Part shown: piece by piece, positions 1-10,516 of the stretch
Position numbering within the stretch: the first letter of the stretch is position 1
Layout: every line of letters begins with the position of its first letter
Origin: Candidatus Heimdallarchaeota archaeon
Lineage (GTDB): Archaea; Asgardarchaeota; Heimdallarchaeia; JABLTI01
Reading direction: 5' to 3'
DNA: 64,000 nucleotides
Assembly (NCBI GenBank): GCA_019056785.1
Contig: DXJV01000068.1
Span: forward strand, 32,001-96,000
Program-made: the position numbers and the translations under genes
The notes under the pieces: model-generated
The model's input: the letters and a program-made list of their open reading frames with translations, nothing else
Database searches by the model: none
What the model was told of the DNA's origin: nothing

Positions 1-230
1 GTATTCTCCCTTACAAGTTCTTTCATTCGCTCAATAAGTTCGGGGAAGTTCTGCTGCAAGAATTCAATTGTATGCCCGGTGAGATTGAAACAAACAGTTC
101 CGTCACGCCATTCCTCTAAGGCGGCGATCATTGGTTCGTATGATTTTTCCACGACGACCGGCAGCTTCTTTCGTGGAATTTCTGCATAATCAGCATTCCA
201 ATGTAGAATAACACTTACATTTTCGGTCAA
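1..230 (-). CDS. Glycoside hydrolase family 57 protein (alpha-galactosidase-like), 5' part; runs off window edge
   Basis: Not in ORF track. Manual translation from TTG at 230: MTENVSVILHWNADYAEIPRKKLPVVVEKSYEPMIAALEEW...FNLTGHTIEFL, resembling the GH57 N-terminus (HxNxxYAEIP...NITG). Start overlaps the MFS stop (TTGA). Confidence 0.75.
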   Translation of the reverse strand, partial: MTENVSVILHWNADYAEIPRKKLPVVVEKSYEPMIAALEEWRDGTVCFNLTGHTIEFLQQNFPELIERMKELVREN

Positions 231-1744
231 GTATTTCCCTCCTTTTCTTTCAATTCACTTTCTGTTGTCATTACTGTGGTATTCTCACTTTCTTGCAATT
301 CTATTCTCCTTCGCATCAATTTATCTTTCGCAGCATCTCTATCTTTTGGATAGGTAAAGTAAATAAAGGAATAAAATAAAAGGCAGATAACCCACGGAAC
401 AACAGTAGCAATAAGCATTGCATAACTTAACGCATAGACATTATTGACTGTTCCTGAAATTGTTGCATTTGCATTTTTATCATAGCCAAATAAATGATCT
501 GCGATAAGTCCAACAATTAATGTCCCAGTTGCAGCAACGCTTCCTTCGAATAATCGGTCGACAGAGAATGCCGTTCCCCGAATTTCAGGTTCAAATAATT
601 CACTGAATATCGGATTATTAGTTGCTGGTGCACTCCAACTTATCAAAAAGCCGGTGAGGATACCAAGAATAATGAAGATAAAGAGTGTTGTTGTTGGTGG
701 AATGATTCCTTGTGAAACGTATTTTGGAACGATCAGGAATTTTGGAATTATCAAGAAAAGAATAAACATCATTGGTATCCCGGAAAAGACCGAAAATTGT
801 GCAATAAGAATACGCCCTTTGTTTGGCCATTTCTTCTCTGCCTTGTCGCCGATCACACCTCCAAAGAGGTTGCCAAAAGCAGCCCCGATGGCAACAACCG
901 CAAAAGCAATTCCCGCCATAAAGCTATCTATTCCCATTGTTTCTAACCACAGAATCATAAATAAGATAGAATTCCAGGGAATTGACCCGGCAACGCCTTG
1001 AGCAACGATTAACATGAAGGTTTTATTTGATAAAATGGTGCCAAAGTCTTTGAACCTGAATTTCCTTCGCTTTTCTTCTGTGATGATTCCCAACTCATCT
1101 GAGAGACCTCTTTGAGGATTCTTCCCGAAAATTAATACAAAAACCCCCAGAAGAAGGCTTAGAATGCCCAACGAAACAAGCACGACCCGCCACCCTTCAA
1201 AGCCAAGAACGGTTTTATCTCCCAAGAGTGTCGCATAAAGTGTTCCTACAATAGCTCCAAGCACCGTTGTGAGTCCGAGCATTCCAAAAGCTCTCCCCCT
1301 TTTTGATTGGGGGAAATAATCAGCTATTAATGATTGGGAGGTGGGAACAATAACTGCAAGGCCTATACCTGTCAGAGCGCGAACACTCATTATCCCGGCA
1401 AAAGAATTCAACGTGCCTAAAATGATGGTAAGGCTACCCCAAATGAAGCAACCGATAGCTAAAATCAATTTTCGCGAGAATCGGTCAGAGAGCCATCCCC
1501 AAAAGGGGCTGCTTATGGCTTGTAGCAATGCTCGGGCGGTTGTGATACTTCCCATACTTGTAGCGTCACTTAATCCCAGAGAGGTAGCTATGGGGTTATA
1601 CATTGATGACAATACTTGTCCATCAGCTTGATCGATTATGTTTGCAGTATTAATCAAAGCTTGAGTGGCCGTTCTCTCCCGTTTCAATCTTTTTTCTTGT
1701 TCGGATAAAGTTTGTTTTATTTTACTATCATCATCGCTTGTCAT
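227..1744 (-). CDS. MFS transporter (probably sugar uptake, coupled to GH57)
   Basis: About 12 TM segments, MFS motif A GWLSDRFSRK, IADYFPQSKRGRAFG. Confidence 0.9.
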   Translation of the reverse strand: MTSDDDSKIKQTLSEQEKRLKRERTATQALINTANIIDQADGQVLSSMYNPIATSLGLSDATSMGSITTARALLQAISSPFWGWLSDRFSRKLILAIGCFIWGSLTIILGTLNSFAGIMSVRALTGIGLAVIVPTSQSLIADYFPQSKRGRAFGMLGLTTVLGAIVGTLYATLLGDKTVLGFEGWRVVLVSLGILSLLLGVFVLIFGKNPQRGLSDELGIITEEKRRKFRFKDFGTILSNKTFMLIVAQGVAGSIPWNSILFMILWLETMGIDSFMAGIAFAVVAIGAAFGNLFGGVIGDKAEKKWPNKGRILIAQFSVFSGIPMMFILFLIIPKFLIVPKYVSQGIIPPTTTLFIFIILGILTGFLISWSAPATNNPIFSELFEPEIRGTAFSVDRLFEGSVAATGTLIVGLIADHLFGYDKNANATISGTVNNVYALSYAMLIATVVPWVICLLFYSFIYFTYPKDRDAAKDKLMRRRIELQESENTTVMTTESELKEKEGNT

Positions 1745-1903
1745 TCTTGTTGTCCGGCTTTTTTTCCTTTGAATTTTTTTGATATATTATCTTTCTAATC
1801 TATTTAAGCAATTTCCTCTTCTTGGCGACAATTTCAATTGTTTTCGAAATGAATATATGTAATGATAGGGCTGAATCTTTTATAGGCAATAAGGGGACAA
1901 GCT

Positions 1904-2791
1904 ATGAAAAAAATCACTGAAAAATGCTTCATCATTTTTCTTCTGGGTAGCCTTCTTTGTTTTACTTTCATTTCCCTCCCCACAATGACAACAGAAGATG
2001 GTTTGGTCCCCAGAAACAAATCAACCATGGCAACAGCAACAGACCATTCACTCCAACTGCTCGAATTTTCCCATTATAACCATGTGATTTATGCTAATTA
2101 TTCTGTCATTTCCTTTAGCGTCCTTTTTGAAGGACCAGAAGTGAATATCTCAACTGTTTATGCTCACTATTCTCTGGAGCAACAAAACTGGGCCTCAATT
2201 TCTCTCACTCGCTCTAGGACAGTCTCTGAATATCAGGCAATTTTCTCAGGACAAATCGGTCCCTTTGCTCAGGCAGGTGAGTATTATCTTAAAATTAATG
2301 CCACAAGATTTAGTGTGGAACATGCAAGCCTTTATTTACAATTTGAAGTTGTAAAAGCTATTGGAATCGTTTTCGTTGATTTCTCTTTTGATATACACCT
2401 CGACACCGAGAATAATCAATATGCCGACCTCCAAATAACTGTCTTTGGCGAAGATGTTCTTTCTGAAAGTGTCTATGTTGTACCAACCTTGCCAAATAAA
2501 GTTGTAAATAAAACCAAACTCTATCTTTTAGAAGGAACAAATTACACTTATGTCGGTAAAATAAGCCCAATTAATACTTGGTTGGACAAGACACCACTGA
2601 CTTTTCTGGCAAATACTTCATCAGGAATACAATACAAGAGCTCGACATTCTTTCTACTAAAAGGGCTGGTCTCTGTTCCCGAAAGCTTTTGGCGCAGCAA
2701 ATTTCCGGCGATTTTAATTAGTTCAATATTAATACTTTCCATGTCAACAATCTTTATCATGGCTCGCCGCAAACCGCCAAAAACATTCTGA
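1904..2791 (+). CDS. Hypothetical secreted protein with C-terminal membrane anchor
   Basis: N-terminal signal-like segment, beta-rich body, C-terminal TM helix followed by RRKPPK. Confidence 0.7.
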   Translation: MKKITEKCFIIFLLGSLLCFTFISLPTMTTEDGLVPRNKSTMATATDHSLQLLEFSHYNHVIYANYSVISFSVLFEGPEVNISTVYAHYSLEQQNWASISLTRSRTVSEYQAIFSGQIGPFAQAGEYYLKINATRFSVEHASLYLQFEVVKAIGIVFVDFSFDIHLDTENNQYADLQITVFGEDVLSESVYVVPTLPNKVVNKTKLYLLEGTNYTYVGKISPINTWLDKTPLTFLANTSSGIQYKSSTFFLLKGLVSVPESFWRSKFPAILISSILILSMSTIFIMARRKPPKTF

Positions 2792-2826
2792 TAAAAAAAA
2801 AGAAAAATGGTTGTAACTGGTGATTC

Positions 2827-3840
2827 TTACAACTTATCTTCTCGTAAATCAATAATCGCTTCTGCATCAGGTCCTGTGCCGATCAAGGTTACTGGTATAT
2901 TTGTTTCTCGTTCAATATTTGCAATGAACTCTAGTGCTGCGGGGGAAAGCTCTTCCTTCTTTGTTGCATTTGCTACCTCTGGAAAAACGATGTCCAATTT
3001 TGTAAGAGCGATTTGTGTTGCACCATTTAATCTTACAGCCTTCCTCGCAATTTCAAAGTCAATCGGCGCAGCTCGTCGAGCACGCCCAGTCACAGTACCA
3101 AATTCCATCCAACCCTTCTTTTTCATTTCCTCTTCGGAGAGTGTTCCTGGCATTGGTCCTTCTCCAACTCGAGTCATGAAGGCTTTAAAGACGGCAATTA
3201 CCTCATCAACTTTTGTTGGACCAATACCGACATCTGCACAAATTTGCGAAGCAGAGACATCTTTACTTGTCACATAGGGATAAGTCCCATGAAAAAGAGA
3301 GAGCATTGTCCCCTGGGTTCCTTCCAGTAAAACATTTTTTCCGGCAGCAATTGCTTCATTTATTTCTTTAGAGACATCTGTAAGATAGGGGGTTAATTCA
3401 GGGATTTCTTTTGCAAGGCGTAAGGTTCTTCGTGCTCTTGCTTCATTCGCCGGTCCGCAGCCGGTCCCTGTGCTACCGATTTTTTTACTGAGATGCTTAT
3501 CATGTTGATCCTTTTCTTTATGCTCTTTCTCAATAATACCTGCTTGAAAGTCCACTCCAATACGGTCCTTACAACCTGTGAGTTCTACTTCACGCAGAAA
3601 AATCTCCGGGTCAACTAAAACGCCCGCACCGATGAGTAATCGTGACTTTTCACTTGTAAACCCACTGGGGATCATTCGCAAACCGTATTTTTTCCCTTGA
3701 TAGACCACAGTATGGCCGGCATTTGTGCCGACACCACCGCGAGCAATGATTGCGGGATGTTCGTGATACGCAATATAGCTGATAATCTTTCCTTTACCTT
3801 CATCGCCCCAAAAAGCGCCAATAATAATTGTTGTTGTCAT
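2827..3840 (-). CDS. purA: Adenylosuccinate synthetase (short archaeal type)
   Basis: GAFWGDEGKGK, NAGHT, LEGTQG, GTVTGRARR, TKLD motifs; 337 aa. Confidence 0.97.
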   Translation of the reverse strand: MTTTIIIGAFWGDEGKGKIISYIAYHEHPAIIARGGVGTNAGHTVVYQGKKYGLRMIPSGFTSEKSRLLIGAGVLVDPEIFLREVELTGCKDRIGVDFQAGIIEKEHKEKDQHDKHLSKKIGSTGTGCGPANEARARRTLRLAKEIPELTPYLTDVSKEINEAIAAGKNVLLEGTQGTMLSLFHGTYPYVTSKDVSASQICADVGIGPTKVDEVIAVFKAFMTRVGEGPMPGTLSEEEMKKKGWMEFGTVTGRARRAAPIDFEIARKAVRLNGATQIALTKLDIVFPEVANATKKEELSPAALEFIANIERETNIPVTLIGTGPDAEAIIDLREDKL

Positions 3841-4110
3841 AGTTCTCGTGAGAAAAGCTCTCCTTTTTTAATAAAGTCCTATTGTTAACATCAATGTGAT
3901 AATCCTTTGCAATTGTGCTTCTCGAAGTCTCCAGTAGAAATCCTTACGAAAAAATTGATTTATAGCGAAAGATTAATAATCAGTTGATGGTGGTAAAGAT
4001 TATTTAAAGAGTAAGCGAGTTTGATACCGGTCTTCCCGAACTGCAATTCTCCATGCTTTTCTCGCGAACCTCGATAAAAGAATTGTTAAACAAATATGTG
4101 TGTGAACAAA

Positions 4111-5559
4111 ATGGTTGAAATTATCCCTAAAAAAGTTGCAAAATATATCTATGAAATACCGGCCTCTACTCGGAATTACATGAAAGTTCCTGTGAAAATT
4201 TTTGCAAATGAAAGTATAATTAAAGCTATGGAGCAAAAAATGTTTCTCCAAGCAACCCATGTCGCTTGGTTGCCAGGCATTTACAAACATTCCCTCGTGT
4301 TGCCTGATGGGCACATGGGCTATGGATTTCCCATAGGTGGAGTCGCTGCCACGGATTACAACGAAGGAGTAGTAAGTCCTGGGGGCGTTGGTTATGATAT
4401 TAATTGTGGTGTAAGGTTACTGCGAACGAACATGAAAAAAGAAGACATTATCCCCCACGCAAAAGAGCTTACTGAACGGCTCTTTAAGAATATCCCCGCA
4501 GGTCTGGGATCAAAAGCAAAAATCCATCTTAACCGCTCAGAACTAGATGAACTGTTAACAGAAGGTGCAAAGTATTGTGTAAAACGAGGACTCGGCTGGG
4601 AAGAAGATCTTGAACACTGCGAAGAAAATGGTGCCTTGGCAAATGCTGACCCTGAAAAAGTCTCTGCAAAAGCCATCTCAAGGGGGATGCCTCAAGCGGG
4701 TAGCTTAGGAAGTGGTAACCATTTCCTTGAAATACAATTCGTTGACAAAATTTATGACCCCACGCTTGCAAAGGCGATGGGCATTTATGAAGAGAATCAA
4801 GTTATGATTATGATTCATACTGGGAGTCGAGGTTTAGGTCATCAAATCTGTGGCGACTATTTGCGAAAACTCGAACAACAAATGCCAAAATACAATCTTA
4901 CGCCTCCTGATCGTCAACTAGCTTGCGTACCAACACAAAGTGAAGAGGGGCAGGATTATTTGAAAGCCATGGCTTGTGGTGCAAACTTTGCTTGGGGGAA
5001 CAGACAAATGATCTTACATTGGGTACGAGAAACATTTGAACAAAAATTCAAACAATCAGCAGAAGACCTTGATATGCATTTAATTTATGATGTAGCACAT
5101 AACATCGCTAAAATAGAAGAACACGATATCGATGGGAAAAGACGAAAAGTAGTTACTCACCGAAAAGGAGCAACTCGAGCTTTCCCCGCAAATCACCCTG
5201 CAGTGCCAAAAGCATATCAAACTATTGGTCAACCTGTCATCCTCCCAGGTAGTATGGGTACAGCATCCTATGTACTTATTGGTCAACCAAAAGGAATGGA
5301 AGCAAGCTTTGGTAGCACTGCACATGGTGCTGGCCGAGTGTTAAGCCGTTCTGCCGCGCTCAAACGCTTCTGGGGCGATAAGGTCAGGTCCGAACTTAAA
5401 GGGCAAGGCATAGAAGTTAAATCTGCACATCCAAAAATCTTGGCTGAAGAGGCTCCGGGCGTCTACAAGGACATCGATGCTGTTGCAGAAGTCAGCGATA
5501 GTGTTGGTATCGGAAAAAGAGTGGCCCGATTAAAACCCATTGCTGTTGTTAAAGGTTAA
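4111..5559 (+). CDS. rtcB: RNA-splicing ligase RtcB
   Basis: PDGHMGYGFPIGGV, GYDINCG, GSGNHFLE, HTGSRG, HRKGATRA, HGAGR motifs; ATG at 4111 preferred over 4096; no intein-size insertion. Confidence 0.97.
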   Translation: MVEIIPKKVAKYIYEIPASTRNYMKVPVKIFANESIIKAMEQKMFLQATHVAWLPGIYKHSLVLPDGHMGYGFPIGGVAATDYNEGVVSPGGVGYDINCGVRLLRTNMKKEDIIPHAKELTERLFKNIPAGLGSKAKIHLNRSELDELLTEGAKYCVKRGLGWEEDLEHCEENGALANADPEKVSAKAISRGMPQAGSLGSGNHFLEIQFVDKIYDPTLAKAMGIYEENQVMIMIHTGSRGLGHQICGDYLRKLEQQMPKYNLTPPDRQLACVPTQSEEGQDYLKAMACGANFAWGNRQMILHWVRETFEQKFKQSAEDLDMHLIYDVAHNIAKIEEHDIDGKRRKVVTHRKGATRAFPANHPAVPKAYQTIGQPVILPGSMGTASYVLIGQPKGMEASFGSTAHGAGRVLSRSAALKRFWGDKVRSELKGQGIEVKSAHPKILAEEAPGVYKDIDAVAEVSDSVGIGKRVARLKPIAVVKG

Positions 5560-5670
5560 GTTCTTCCCCTCTTTTTTTCTCTTTTTTCCGGCGATTTGTA
5601 CAACATTCAACATAATTTTATTAGTAAAAAAATTTTTAATAGTGGACTATTTTTGAAAATACGACTGCAA

Positions 5671-7065
5671 ATGTTACAACGGAATCAATTAAAACTGCTA
5701 ATGCCTATAAATATTTATCATACGATGGCGCATATTTTCCCGTATTTTTTGCCCATTTTGTGTCAAGTAATTCGTGATGAGGTAGACTTTCTCAATTATA
5801 CTCGTGCCGGCATAATTGCTATGGTGAGTATTGTTGTAATGATTCCTTCCACCATTGTTTTAGGGGTTGTAGGGGACAAAATCCGCAAATGGCGTTTAGA
5901 GCTGATCGCTGTGGGGTTTTTGATCATTGTCTCTCATACTTTCATTATTTATGTTGCCAATTCATTTGCAGTTTTAATAGTCGCAGCTGTGGTTGCAGGT
6001 TTAGGTGCGTCCATTTTTCATCCAATTGCTTTGCCATTGCTTTCACAAGAGTTTGGTGCAGATCGGAATGTTGCTCATAGTATCAACCTCATTTTTGGGA
6101 CATTCGGCTCGATCACCACACCAATAATGACCATTGGATTGTCAAGTTGGTTGGGATGGAGGACCACAACATTAATCCTGGGTATTTTTGGTTTGCTTGT
6201 TGCTCCGATTCTAATAACAACCTCACTGCTAACAAAAAAATACCTGGTTTACACCCCACAAAAAGAGATTATTACAAATGAAGATGTGATCCCAATAGAT
6301 ACAAAGGAGAAAAAACGTACAAGAAAACCCCTTCTAAGCTTCATTTCCGGACCATTTATTGCGCTTGTTTTTGTGCTGGTATTGCGAAGTGGGATTTTTA
6401 GGATTATGAATACTTTCACCTCATTCATCTTTGAGGATCGCTTTGGTGCATCTGAGTTTCACTCTGCAATGATCATGTCTCTTGTTCTTGGCTCCGGAGG
6501 CGTTGCAGCACTTATAAGCGGATTTGTGTCCAAGAAAAAAGGAAGTCTTAAAACATTTCTCTTTTCGATGGGAGCGACGGTTTTGGCATCCATTGCCGTC
6601 GTAATTTTTGTAGGGACAATGGACTTGGCAAACCTTCAAATAAATACTGGCTTACTGGTGGTTGCAATTCTCCTCTTTGTTTTCCTCTCTACATCATTCT
6701 ATTTTTCCAATCCCTCAGCAAATTCCTTACAGGCAGAGATAATTCCCCTCGAAATCCTCGGGACCGTTTATGGTATTATTGTCGCCATAATGACTGGCTT
6801 CTCGGCTGTTATTCCGGTTATTTTTGGTGCAATTGTCGACCAGGGGTATTCGCTTCCTTATGAATACTTGTTACCAATCATTCTCTCTCTCATACCATTT
6901 TTATTGTTAATTTATATGAAATCTAAGATCGGATTAAAGACGCCCGATCAAGTGGAGAAGGAACGACTCGAAAAAACGAATGCTCTCTTAGAAGCCATTG
7001 AGAAGAGAAAAAAAGGAGAAACACTCAACCAAAAAATTCAAACAGAATCAAACTCGCAGCCATAA
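5671..7065 (+). CDS. MFS transporter
   Basis: About 12 TM segments, GASIFHP motif; ATG at 5671 is the likely start (ORF opens at 5596). Confidence 0.85.
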   Translation: MLQRNQLKLLMPINIYHTMAHIFPYFLPILCQVIRDEVDFLNYTRAGIIAMVSIVVMIPSTIVLGVVGDKIRKWRLELIAVGFLIIVSHTFIIYVANSFAVLIVAAVVAGLGASIFHPIALPLLSQEFGADRNVAHSINLIFGTFGSITTPIMTIGLSSWLGWRTTTLILGIFGLLVAPILITTSLLTKKYLVYTPQKEIITNEDVIPIDTKEKKRTRKPLLSFISGPFIALVFVLVLRSGIFRIMNTFTSFIFEDRFGASEFHSAMIMSLVLGSGGVAALISGFVSKKKGSLKTFLFSMGATVLASIAVVIFVGTMDLANLQINTGLLVVAILLFVFLSTSFYFSNPSANSLQAEIIPLEILGTVYGIIVAIMTGFSAVIPVIFGAIVDQGYSLPYEYLLPIILSLIPFLLLIYMKSKIGLKTPDQVEKERLEKTNALLEAIEKRKKGETLNQKIQTESNSQP

Positions 7066-7909
7066 TTACCATACCAATAACCACTCCCGCCATCACAACA
7101 TCGCCTTTCCCATACTCTCTGGCTACCGGTAGAAGTTCGTCTAATGAAATATAGACCATAATTCCTGCAACAAATGCCAAACTTCCGCCGAGGAGTTGAT
7201 CGAAATGGCTAGCAATAAACTGGTTTTGCTCTAAAAGTTTCATAAGGCCGAAGGCAAGGGCTGCGCCAATTGGTTCAGCAATACCTGATGCCATAGAGAG
7301 CCAGAAGCTTTTCCATTTATTTTTTGTAGCATAAAAAATTGGTATGGAAACACTGATCCCTTCTGGGATGTTATGAATGGCAATGGCAATAGCAATGGTA
7401 ACTCCAAGGTTAATGTCTCCCAAAGCAGTTGCAAAAGTAGCCATGCCTTCTGGGAAATTGTGGATAGCTATTGCAAGAGCAGTAATAATTCCTGTTCGCT
7501 TTAATTTTAAGTCCTTAGTTGCTTCCACTTCTGATTGCTCCACTCGCGCTTTGACAATTCCGTCTCCACATTCTTCACCACAGCATTCTGCTTGTATCTC
7601 TGTGATAGCAGCTTCACCTCGAGGCATGTGATGTGGATTTTCCTTATGAGGAATGATTAAATCTATAGCGAAAACAACACCAATTCCAAGAAAGAAGGCA
7701 AGATAAAGCCAATAGCTTTGAAGCGACTCTGCAGCTGAGGGAAGCAACTCTGCAAAAGAGACGAGCACCATCACACCCACTGATAGGCCCAGGAAAAATG
7801 CCAGAAAAGATTTCCGGAAACGTTTAAAGAAGAAAGGGACGGCACTTCCAATCCCTGTAGATAACCCTGCAAATGTTGTTAAAAGGAATGCAGCTAAAAC
7901 AATTTTCAT
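7025..7909 (-). CDS. zupT: ZIP family zinc/metal transporter
   Basis: IHNFPEG and IHNIPEG motifs, His/Cys-rich loop, DELLP. Confidence 0.92.
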   Translation of the reverse strand: MKIVLAAFLLTTFAGLSTGIGSAVPFFFKRFRKSFLAFFLGLSVGVMVLVSFAELLPSAAESLQSYWLYLAFFLGIGVVFAIDLIIPHKENPHHMPRGEAAITEIQAECCGEECGDGIVKARVEQSEVEATKDLKLKRTGIITALAIAIHNFPEGMATFATALGDINLGVTIAIAIAIHNIPEGISVSIPIFYATKNKWKSFWLSMASGIAEPIGAALAFGLMKLLEQNQFIASHFDQLLGGSLAFVAGIMVYISLDELLPVAREYGKGDVVMAGVVIGMVIMAASLILFEFFG

Positions 7910-8023
7910 TTAGAGCCACCAGAGATATTTAACTATTAAAGTAATTTATCCCGGGAATTTAAGGATTTGTGGTGTTAATTTCTGAAGAATTACTTTTTTG
8001 AAGTATGGATGGTTAAATAACAC

Positions 8024-8629
8024 ATGAACATAATTGACCTGGTCGAAGGGAGCTACGATAAAATTGCTGCGAAATATGCCAGTGCGAGGATTGCCCAAAT
8101 CATTCCAAAGGAAGTAGTGCGCTTTTCATCTGCCCTTCCGACTGCAGGAAAAGTTCTTGATGTGGGCTGTGGAGTGGGTTTGCCGGCAGCAAAATTCCTT
8201 GTTGGGCAAGGGTTCCGAGTTATAGGTATTGATATTTCTCAAAGAATGATTGATCTTGCGCAAGCAAATGTTCCACAAGCAACGTTTGTTAAAAAGAACA
8301 TTCTTACGCTAGACTTTGCTGATGATTCGTTTGACGGATTGATATGCATTGATACGTTATGGCATGTCCCGAAAAACAATCACCTCTTCATTTTCCAGAA
8401 TTTCGCTCGCATCCTTAAAAATAATGGGCTGTTGTTAATTAATACCAAAGCACAAGCAATGGAAGGCATGGAGGATTTTTATGGCGAACCGATGTTTTGG
8501 AGCAATTACCCCCCAACGAAAACACTTGAGTTGTTGGAAAAGGCGAAATATAAAGTTGCTTTTAAAACATCCTTAAAACGAGAGAAAAGTGACACTTTTT
8601 GGGTTTTAGCAACAATTCAAAAAAAATAA
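8024..8629 (+). CDS. Class I SAM-dependent methyltransferase
   Basis: VLDVGCGVG, GIDIS, LKNNG motifs. Confidence 0.9.
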   Translation: MNIIDLVEGSYDKIAAKYASARIAQIIPKEVVRFSSALPTAGKVLDVGCGVGLPAAKFLVGQGFRVIGIDISQRMIDLAQANVPQATFVKKNILTLDFADDSFDGLICIDTLWHVPKNNHLFIFQNFARILKNNGLLLINTKAQAMEGMEDFYGEPMFWSNYPPTKTLELLEKAKYKVAFKTSLKREKSDTFWVLATIQKK

Positions 8630-8707
8630 AGATTAAGACTCGAGTTTTAATGTGCAAAGGTTCTTAAGAATAGATCAGTACTTGTTACTTATGTCTGAAC
8701 CAAAAAA

Positions 8708-9190
8708 GTGGATCCAATCCCACTTGTCTTTAGTGTTACCTCGATGATCTTTAGTTTCATAGGAGCAATTTTAGCGTTCTTTACGGATTTTGGTTGGTGG
8801 AATGTTGGTTATTCTTGGAGTTATTATTTTTTCATTGGTTCTGAAATGGCACCAGCATGGGCACAATTTTTCCTGTTTCTCTTCGGTTTTCTATTCCTTC
8901 TCTTACTCTTGCTTTCCATTCTAAAACTCATCTGTTCGCTAGGTAAGCTCAGCGACAAAATTGACAAAATCGTTATTTTTGGTGGCATTGGCTTATCAGC
9001 AGTAACTTTCATCTACAATCTATTGTTGGTAGGAATTTTTGCCAGCTTTGCCGCAGGAGACTGGTGGGGTATGTCAACAAGTTTCTACGATGGTCTTGTC
9101 GGGCCGATCATTATTGGAATTTTCTTTGTCGTTCAATTGGTCTATAAAAACAAAGGATCTAAAGGAAAGGTAAGTTACAATTTACACTAA
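8708..9190 (+). CDS. Hypothetical 4-TM membrane protein
   Basis: Four hydrophobic segments; start uncertain (GTG 8708, or ATG 8691 with a missing A). Confidence 0.7.
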   Translation: MDPIPLVFSVTSMIFSFIGAILAFFTDFGWWNVGYSWSYYFFIGSEMAPAWAQFFLFLFGFLFLLLLLLSILKLICSLGKLSDKIDKIVIFGGIGLSAVTFIYNLLLVGIFASFAAGDWWGMSTSFYDGLVGPIIIGIFFVVQLVYKNKGSKGKVSYNLH

Positions 9191-9351
9191 ACCACTTTCT
9201 GGAAATAACTATAGAAAGCATGCCAAAAAACTTGAAGAAAAGAATACACAGGAAGGAATACGGTCCTATTTGAAATTTAAAAAAGCTAACTCTGGCAATT
9301 GTTGGATATTGAGCAACGAATTTTCAAGAATTCTCGTGTATAAAGAGTGAT

Positions 9352-9564
9352 TTATTGAAGTTTTCTTTTTATTAACATAATCTCTTTATCAGAGTCCGCA
9401 AGACCGGTAACAGTCATTTTGGTTAGTTGTTGGCAAATGACACATGGAGATGGTTCGCGCTTTCGGCTTCTTCGCAACAGGAAAATTTCCAATTTCGTTT
9501 TTCGTTCAGCTGCACAATGCTCACAGAGGGGAAATTCAAATCGAAGTTTGTTTTGTTCCTTCAT
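9352..9564 (-). CDS. Small putative zinc-finger protein
   Basis: 70 aa with CEHC and CVIC pairs; fills an otherwise empty gap. Confidence 0.55.
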   Translation of the reverse strand: MKEQNKLRFEFPLCEHCAAERKTKLEIFLLRRSRKREPSPCVICQQLTKMTVTGLADSDKEIMLIKRKLQ

Positions 9565-9714
9565 AATATCAATAATACAAGCTTTATGGCAAAAAAGGTT
9601 TTCTTTTCGAAAAATGAATTTATCTTCCTTTGTCTTGGCTCAAAAAATAAAGAGAACACTCTCTATACAATAAATTAATTGTATATATTCTTGATGAGAA
9701 TGTGGTAAGTAAAA

Positions 9715-10509
9715 ATGGAAGAAGAACGCCTTTCAGAACATGAATCAGTAAGAATAGTCTATAAAAAACTACGAAAAGAATCTGTTGAACAATCAGAATC
9801 CCACAGCCGCTTGTTTATTCGGTTGGAACAAGAAGGAATAACCAACATTTGGGGCAGGTATGCGGATCAAGGTTTAGCCTTTGGCCAACCAGACCGAAGG
9901 TGCTATTTCTGTCAATCTGGGGGCGATGTGATTTATGTTCCAATGCCCCTTGCCGTGCCAATGTAGAAAAAGATCGTCGGGGTGTCTGCGGGATGACAGG
10001 AGACGGCATAGCAATGCGAATGATGCGCTTAAGAAACGTTATGGGAACAGCAACATATCAATACCACACAGAACAAACAATTAAAACAATGAGAGCAATT
10101 GCGCAAGGAAAAACACCCTTTCAAATTGCAGAGCCGGAAAATTAAAGGCATTTGTAAAAAGACTAGGGATAACAATTGGTGAAGATTGGAAGAAAGGCGT
10201 GAAGAAGCTATGTGATTTTGTGGAAAAGAATTCAATAAAAAATACGACGAACCAAGCACTCTCGTTGAAATTTTAGCACCAGAGGAACGAAAAGCAACGA
10301 TAGATGCAATTTTCGCTTTAGCATATGGTCTTTATACCTACGTAAATCCCATTCCCACGGTCACCGGCGGACTAAACCTCGTGAAACTACTCACAGAGGA
10401 CTTGAAGGACATCACCGGTGGACTCCTAAGCGTAGAACCAGATACTGTGAAAGCAGTTGATGGCATCGAAAAACATATCCTCACCAAGCGAAAGAAATTG
10501 GGGCTATGA
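9715..10509 (+). pseudogene. cooS: Anaerobic Ni-CO dehydrogenase catalytic subunit pseudogene (three frameshifts plus large internal deletion)
   Basis: N-terminal pieces RCYFCQSG / RCDLCSNAPC...RGVCG...RNVMG..TYQYH joined at ~10290 to the CooS C-terminus KATIDAIFALAYGLYTYVNPIPTVTGG...KRKKLGL* (TGA ends 10509); single-base losses near 9919-9923, 10138-10141 and 10224-10227. Confidence 0.88.
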
Positions 10510-10516
10510 TTTTTTA

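Noticed and set aside
4111-5559. Intein in RtcB
   Set aside because: Length (482 aa) and motif spacing are those of intein-free RtcB.
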